Source: Psammoneis japonica (Eukaryota). From it: a DNA stretch of 64,000 nt. Numbering within the stretch: the first letter of the stretch is position 1; the number at the start of each line of letters is the position of its first letter. This document shows, one piece after another, positions 56,868-64,000 of this stretch. The DNA lies in NCBI GenBank assembly GCA_008632985.1, contig QPGO01000210.1, positions 14,365 through 78,364 on the forward strand, written 5' to 3'. The notes beneath the pieces were generated by a model. That model ran no database searches. It was not told the DNA's origin and worked only from the letters and a program-made list of their open reading frames with translations. The translations under genes were made by a program, and so were the position numbers.

Positions 56868-57453
56868 ACAGCATCTGCCGTGATGTCCCTGTCGCTCTGG
56901 CCCCTGTCTATCTGGCCGCAAAAGAAGTGAACTTGTTGATGGTCCTGCACATGTTGTGGACATGTAGGATGCTCTTGGGCTGGATGCTGCACGGTGTTGG
57001 CGCTGACGCATCGCACACTCATTCGCCACACGGTTGAGGTGTGCACTCTGTTGACTGCGGGCTGCGACATGCTGCGCATTGCACAATTCTCTTTGTTTCG
57101 GCCTGCTGGTGCGGTGCTGCGTTCGCCAGAAACGAAATGTACAGTGGGGGGCAAACGTGGATGTAATGGTTCTATGTGTGCGTGCAAGAACACGCGATAA
57201 GCTCTTTCATTTATTACTGTTGTTCTTATGTCTACCCTCTTCCGTTGGTCCTTATGTAGAGGGAATTCATGGATCGTTAAAGGGTGCGTATCACGTATCA
57301 TGTATTTCACGAAAGACAACGCAAGAGCAGGTACTTTATGCAGCCGATGCACAGGTGATGGTCCGTTTTATTTCATTGTCGAGAGATTTTGGTGTGATTT
57401 AGATTGTTGCCGTAACAGGGATACGTTCGAATCCTGGCGCTAGTATACATCCC

Positions 57454-59626
57454 TCACTCTCCGAAGTAACGGAAAGGCGCGAAACCCGCTGGCTTGGACG
57501 ATCCCATGCCGGGTAAGATATCCTTGATCATCCTCGTACCTTGGGAAGTTCCATCTGTGACCCAGAGCTCTTCCCCATTGTAGGTAGTATGTGCGCTGAA
57601 GAACAGCTGATCTTGGAAAACGACTAAATTTCGTGGAGAGGATCCTTCGGCACCCGGTCTGATATCTTTGACCATAGTAGTGCCTTCCTTGCTCCCATCA
57701 GAGCGCCACAGCTCCCTTCCATATGTGCCGTCATAGGCTGAGAAGAATAGGTTGTCGTGGAACGAAGCAAATTCCCCCGGAATATACTGGGGATAACGGC
57801 CCGGGAAGACTTTGACCAAATGGGGTGATAATAATGATTTTTCGTGGATGATCACCCATAGCTCAGTTCCAAGCTCGCCGTCGTCAACCAAGAAGAAAAT
57901 CTTTCTGCCTACCACAGTCGAGCCCATAGGTGGCTTTTGGAATGACTTAAAAGGGGCACTGTAATATCCGGAATGAGAGACCCGCAACTCGTATCGGCCT
58001 TGGCCGTTGGTGGCCACAAAGAAAAGAAGCCCCACAAGATTATCTGGGTTGTACACGGTGAGTCCTCTCGGCAATGAGTCCTTCTTGCCTTCAGCTATCT
58101 CCAACATTCTCAGAGCGCGACTTCCGTCAGATCTCCACAACTCCCAGCCATGTGCGCTATCGAATGCTCGGAAGAATAAGCGGCCCCGGAATGATGTTAG
58201 ATCATTTGGCGTATAATCAGACGCATACTGTCCGGGCACGCGACTTAATGTTTCGCCATTCTGGGTGACAAACAGGCCCCTGTTCTCGCCAAAAAAGAGC
58301 TTCTCGCCAGCAACAGCAAACTCAGAGAAGCCTGAACAGTAAGGGAAGAAACGATAAGTTCCTTCTTGCATTCCATCTGTTACCCACAGGTCGACTAAAG
58401 AGGACTTGGTGCTAGAGGATGCGACAAAGTAGGCCATGTCCTTGAAGACGGTAAAGCGCCTGTTTATGGTCATGTATGCGCCTGGGTAGAGAGTCTTGAT
58501 CATGACAGTACCTTTGGCGCTGCCATCAGATTTCCAAAGCTTGACACCATCTTTGTCCTGACTGGCGAAAATGATCTGATCTCCGAAGGACGTCAATGTG
58601 TTTGTCAAGATGTAACCCAGTCCATGTGAGACATCTTTCACTAGTTTTGTTCCTTCGGAAGATCCATCTGTCACCCACAACCCGGGTCCCCTCGTACGAT
58701 TTCTGGCAGAGAAGGACAACAATGGCTTGTACACAGAAACCGTGGCACCAGTGACCTCTATGGCAGAAAAATCCTCTTTACAACTTCATAATAGGCACGG
58801 AAATCAAACCTGCGCTCACCCAGGTCGCCAGTCATTGTCTTTGTTATGCTACAAAAATTTACCATCGTAGCTGAAGTGAGGGAACGTGATGGACATTCCT
58901 TCCCCAGGTCTTTAGATGCGTCAAGGTCAACCAGGCGCACAACAGTAATTGGAGAGGATGTCAATGCTCGAAAGAAGATAGTGAAGGTGACTGAAGTGCC
59001 AATTTGCGCTACGGTCGGATTCGCTCTGACCAAAAAAGGCTTGTAAACGGAAACTGTTGCACCAGCATCCTTCACGGCGGAATACTGCCCTTCGACTTGA
59101 TAATAGGCACGGAATTCAAACCTACGCTCACCGACGTCGCCAGTAATTTTCTTTGTAATGCTGCATGTATGCACCATCGTAGGTGAGAGGGAACGTGATG
59201 GAAGGCCGCATTCCTGTCCCAGGTCTTCAGAGGTGTCAAGGTCATCGAGACCTACAATTTTGATGGGATAGGGCGTCGCATATCTATGCCGAAAGAGGAT
59301 AGAGAAGGTGACGGAGGTGCCGATTTGGGCTTCAGTCGGATTCGCACTGACCTCAAAGCCAAGAGCTGGTGCTGGCAGGGTCTCACGATGGAAGGAAGGT
59401 CCCTGAGAGCATGAAATGAATGATTTTTTAACAGATACGATTGAATGAGAACACCATGGTAAAGGCATTCGTACGCACTCAGTCCGGCTTGTTAGCATAC
59501 CTGCTGGAGGACCTGGAGTCCTCGAAGGTGATGGGACGCCACGTCGTGCGTGTCTACCTGTCCGATTGCGTTTTCCACAAAAACGCACAGCGTAACAACA
59601 ATGAAAAGAAAAAATAGGGATGACAT
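57454..59626 (-). CDS. ELWxxDGT-repeat protein, copy 3 (frameshift at ~58775)
   Basis: Collinear with copies 1 and 2, including the signal exon, intron, ELWRSDG/ELWVTDGT repeats and the RYFGE end. Confidence 0.87.
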
Positions 59627-59949
59627 TGTCACATTGTAGCAGCATCTCGGTTTCGCAATTTTTGTTTTCTATGTGCTATGTTTGTTGTGGTCGATGATCG
59701 GCGACCTCCCTTATGCAGTCTGGCACAATAAATGTTAGACAAGACAATGTCCGCCGTCGCGGGACTTCTTGCAGCACCAGTAAGAACACTGCCAGATGAA
59801 AACACGATTGCAATTAGAGACAATGAGGCCCTGTAAGTTTGCGAATGTCTCGGATGTTTCCACGACCCACGACCCACGACACAAAAGATTGACTCCATCG
59901 CTTGGGTGCAATCTTCTCATTTCTAATCACCATTGTTCCAATCGTCAAG

Positions 59950-62900
59950 CTTTGATCAAAGAGTCAATGCATTGTTTGCACTTGTGCAGCCGATGCAGCT
60001 GCTTTGGAGGCTTTTCCGAGGCCACGCTTCAAAGTGGTTGTTCAGGCACAGTGCCTTTTCGTCCGCTGCAATGACGTGAGCCATGGCCAAAGCTGATTCT
60101 GGCACAAGTGAGATGGAGTCAATTCCTTGTTCCACAAGAAATGTGGCAATGTTGTTGGGCTCATTGCTGGGGAGCTTGTCGGCAAAAGCCAGTGAGTGCC
60201 ACGATGTGAGCCAGCGCTGGCTGCTCCAGCAGCTGACTTTGCCGCAGGGCTGCTCTTGTCAAACAGCCTTTCCAGCTCACTGTCATCATTTTCTGAACCA
60301 AAAAAAAGCTGTGCCAAGTCATTGAGTCCATTGAAAAAACAGTCAAAGAGAGCAGTGAAGTCATCAGCAGCTGGGGTGCTGGCAGGGGCTTCACAGCACA
60401 CTGCACCCCAAACTTCGAGGGTTTTTTGTTGCCCTTGCTTTGGCCCCCTCTTGGCAAGAACATCAGTCACAACACAAGGGAACAACAAGCTCTGCATTGT
60501 TCAGGCACCTGCTTTGTTTTGAGCATGAGACAGACCCTTGTGCTCAAACTCAAATGTGTTTTTGAGCTTTTGGCAGAGACATCACACAGCTCTCCAAGAA
60601 GCCAGCTCCAATTTTCTTCATCCAGCTCAAAGACCTTGCCACTCACAAGACAACAGTGCTTGTTTGGTTTGAAGCTGCTGGGGTGAACAACAGCCAGGTG
60701 AGGATGAAAGGGAGCAGTGGCACCCCCCCACGCCTTTGGAGAGCTTTTCAATGAAAAAGTGCTGGGGGTGGGAATCATTTCAGGCTTTTTCACAAACCAC
60801 CACACACAACAGCCTCACTTGCTCAATTGAGAAAGATCACCAAATTTGGCACAACCACAGAACCTTGGTAAGCTGGCCCAACTCCAGTGATGGACAGATG
60901 ACAGCTCAAAAGAGCAGAGCTGGGATCTCCCAAGATGGAGCTTTGCCCTGGTTTTGGAAGGTCATCAATGCTGAACTCAGTGTGCTGAGTGTCAGCAACT
61001 CCATGGTGGGTGAATCTGCTGCTGCCATTGAGCCAGTTTGTTGCACACAAATTGCCAGCTTCAGGAGAGTTACAGGGATGAACAGCGCAGGTTTGCTTTC
61101 ATCCAACACAGTGGTTGATGACAGCAGGATCCTCTGCTTTTTCAACTGTGGGTTTGAACAGCTCTGGTGCTCATTGGGGCCCCATCTTTCTGCCAACAAT
61201 GGACTGTCAAAGACCACACAAGCTGGCAACAACAGCAATGCCATGAAATCCCACATGTCAGGGTTGAGTGCAAAGGCAGTGCCCAAACTTGCAGCATCAC
61301 TCCACACCATTGTCAGGTGATGGTGCAACCAGCAGATGCTCTCCAGGATGGCATCTGCCGCTGCCGCTTCCCCCCCAGCAACCTCACTTGAAGATGAGGC
61401 TTGCTGCCTGTCAGAGGATGTGTGCAGCTGTCAGATCTTCAGCGGTTTCCAAGCTCTGTGTGGCAATGGAAGTTTCCACACATTGCTGCCACACACACTT
61501 TCATGCACCACTTCAGCATTTTGTGAATGACATCTTTTTGCCATTTTTGCTCAGCTTTGCAGCTGCACCATGCTGACTTGCACTGCAATGCCCAATGCCA
61601 CAACATTGGCATTTTTTGGTGTGTGCCTCATGTTGCACATGCACACATTCCCACATGACTTTGGTGGCATTTTGCATCATTTTGCAGTCACATGCATTGC
61701 TCCCAGCACACAAACATTGGATCTTGTGGGCAGAACTCATTGGGCCCACATCACATGGAGTCCTGGCTGGGGCTGAAGTGTGCACATCAGCAGAATTTTG
61801 TTTCTCTCACTGGCAGAGGACCTTTCTTCTATGCACATGCTGACCACGCAATGCACTTTGCTGCCTCAAGATGAGTTGTCAGTGTTGGAGATTAAAAAAG
61901 AACAAACAGGGGGTGCAAAACACAGTGAGCCACACTGCCCTGTCTTTGAGCAATGCACAAACAACAGCAAGGCAGAACATGTGCTCACACACACCACCTG
62001 GCTCCAGCCCCCTCTTCAGGCCAAAAGAAGGCCAAGCTGTTCTTGCAGATTGCTTTGATTGAGAACCATGCTGCAGGTGCTGGTTGTTGTGGCAAATCCA
62101 TCACAAAAACTTGCACCCCAACTGGTGCCAACTCTTGAGCAAGCTTGCTGAGATGGAAGGTGTCAAGGGCTGGGCCTTGATCAACAAGTCCATTGCTGTG
62201 AAGGCTTGTGCTGCATTGAGCCAAACAACCCTTGAAGCAATTCTGGCAGAAATTGTTGAAATGGTCAGAGTGACCCACACATCCAATCATCATGGTGGAA
62301 ACCAGACAAATTCTTTTGCCAACAGGAGTCAAGGAACCAACTCCAACAGAAGAAACCAACAGCCCAACACTGCATGTCCCGTGCACAGCATTTTACAAGC
62401 AGCATCAACAAAGCTGTGCCAACCGTGGTCAACAATGGCAAGGCTCCAACAGTCACAACCAGAGCAATCAGAAGACTCAGCCAAACCATCAACACAATGC
62501 AAGGAGTTGTTCTCATCAGTTGGGAAGAGAACAATCAAGTTCAGAGTCAACCTGCTCATTCAACTCAAGTTTGTTTGTTTGTTTGTTTGAACCCAAGCAA
62601 TGCTGACAGCACATTGTTGCAAGACATCAACAAAATCTCTGATGTGTTTGAAGTGATGAGCACTGTTCAAGAGCCCCAACCAAAAGTGCTGGACCCTGCA
62701 ACAACTGCAAAAGTGACAGCTCAGTTTCTCAATGATGGAACAGGCCAGAGCAAATGTCACCTTGGCCTGCTCAACACTGGGGCACGTGGTGATTTTGTCA
62801 AGCGTGATGCACTCAAGTCTGTTCCTCATTCCATCAAAGGGGCTGTGGGTGCAAAAGTCAATGGAGGGTGCAAAGCGATCAAATCTTCCCAGCTTCCCAA

Positions 62901-64000
62901 CATTGAAGTCAAGCTTCTGGAATTTACAAGCATGAAGAAGCATCTGCCAATGCTTGCATCAAAGAGAAGCAAGGCAACTGGGTGCCTTGATGTTGTCATT
63001 GGCGCTGCTGAGCACACCAAAGCAATGGCATTGTCCGCAACTTCAAGACAGACTGCCTGTTGCACAGGATGATGTTGCTGTCCCAACGTGTCCAGAAGGG
63101 TTGATGGACCAAAACAAGGCTTTGCCTGACTTTGTGCTGGCTGCCACACAATGTCAGACTTGCACCATTTGAAGCAATGAGTGTGTGAGCAGCTCAGTTG
63201 TCAGAAGATGGCATCATGGTGCAATGATTTGACAGCAGAAAGTCAAAAAGAAGATCTGTTGGAATTGATTGGATGTCATCCCAGTTCAGTTGATGAAGCT
63301 CTTTGTGAAGCTCCTGGACCTCTGAACATGCTCTGAGTCAAGCCTGGTGCTGAGCCTTGTTGTGCCAGAGCTTGTGTCATTCCTCAAGCTCTTTGTCCCA
63401 TTGCAAGGGAAGAAGTTTTGATGAGCTTGAAATTGTTGGCATTGTTGCTTGCAATGTTGCTTTTAAGTGGGGCAAGCCATGTTTGTTCTCACCAAAGGAA
63501 AACAGTGGAGTCCAACATGTCTTAACCAACTTGAAGCACCCCAACTCATGTCTCACAAGTCACCCTCATCTGATGTCAAACCCTGATGATGTGATTTGGA
63601 AAATCAACAGGTTTGCATGGGTGCTTGCTTTGATCTCAACCACATGGCCATCATCATTCTTTTGTTCTTGACTGCCAGTCAAGCAAGCTCTGAGCAACCA
63701 TCTTGCCATGGGGCAAGTGTTGTCAGCCACCCTCAACTCCCTCAAGGAGCCACGCCTTCAAGAAGTGACATCTTTCAAGCTTTTGTGAGCCAGTGCTTTG
63801 GTGATGCAGAAGACACCGCTGCTTTCTTTGACAATGTTCTTTTGTTTGCAAAATCAGCCTTTGTTCAGCACCTTCTTCAAAAACTTGTCAAGAATGACCT
63901 TTGCACACACATTGAAGGAACTTTTCTTGCTGGTGCCAAGGTTGGCATTTTTGGGACATCATGTCAAAAGGAAGGGTGTCACGCCTCAGAAGCAGAAAAT
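59950..64000. repeat. Heavily decayed TA- and CG-depleted tract
   Basis: Almost no TA or CG over 4 kb; TG/CA-saturated. Confidence 0.8.
62600..64000 (+). mobile_element. Degenerate Ty3/gypsy pol remnant (protease + RT)
   Basis: GLLNTGA (~62764, for LLDTGA), PCLFSPKENSGV..LTNLK.PN (~63480), TILPWGKC (~63697) and FFDNVLLF (~63824, for Y.DD). RT follows the protease directly, as in gypsy elements. Confidence 0.7.

Noticed and set aside
9962..59626. Programmed frameshifting or mass pseudogenisation suggested by many frameshifts (PPR x3, GPCR copy 2 x2, ELWxxDGT copies 2 and 3, gag, Pro-rich gene)
   Set aside because: Those I inspected are 1-nt losses in short homopolymers (e.g. CAA[A]TG, GGG[G]AT, TTTTT[T]ATG) without other signs of decay. 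This is typical of long-read consensus error; read data are needed to confirm.
27600..64000. Dozens of Cys/His/Gln-rich ORFs on both strands in the decayed tracts
   Set aside because: An artefact of TA loss, which removes TAA/TAG stops and Tyr codons. There are no coherent domains except the gypsy remnant.

Overview
Eukaryotic DNA, most likely from a diatom. This is inferred from short GT-AG introns, CoDi-like Ty1/copia elements, HA-repeat, RXL-motif and silaffin-like KXXK proteins, and a PPR protein with a likely plastid-targeting presequence. About 4.4-24 kb is gene-dense: an HA-repeat protein, two head-to-head RXL membrane proteins, a PPR protein, two class-C GPCR paralogs flanking a silaffin-like gene, and a DUF389 protein. 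From 24 to 64 kb, three paralogous ELWxxDGT-repeat genes, an FG-GAP-like membrane protein and a Pro-rich membrane protein alternate with decayed repeat DNA, including a full-length copia (50585-56867) and a Ty3/gypsy remnant. The most striking signal is a repeat-targeted hypermutation that converts TpA to TpG/CpA, the reverse of fungal RIP. Every difference between the two LTRs of the full-length copia maps to a present or inferred TA site, while CpGs are untouched. Conserved retrotransposon Tyr codons have become Cys/His, and multi-kb tracts are almost free of TA next to genes with normal TA content. Many 1-nt frameshifts in otherwise intact genes fall in short homopolymers and are probably assembly errors.
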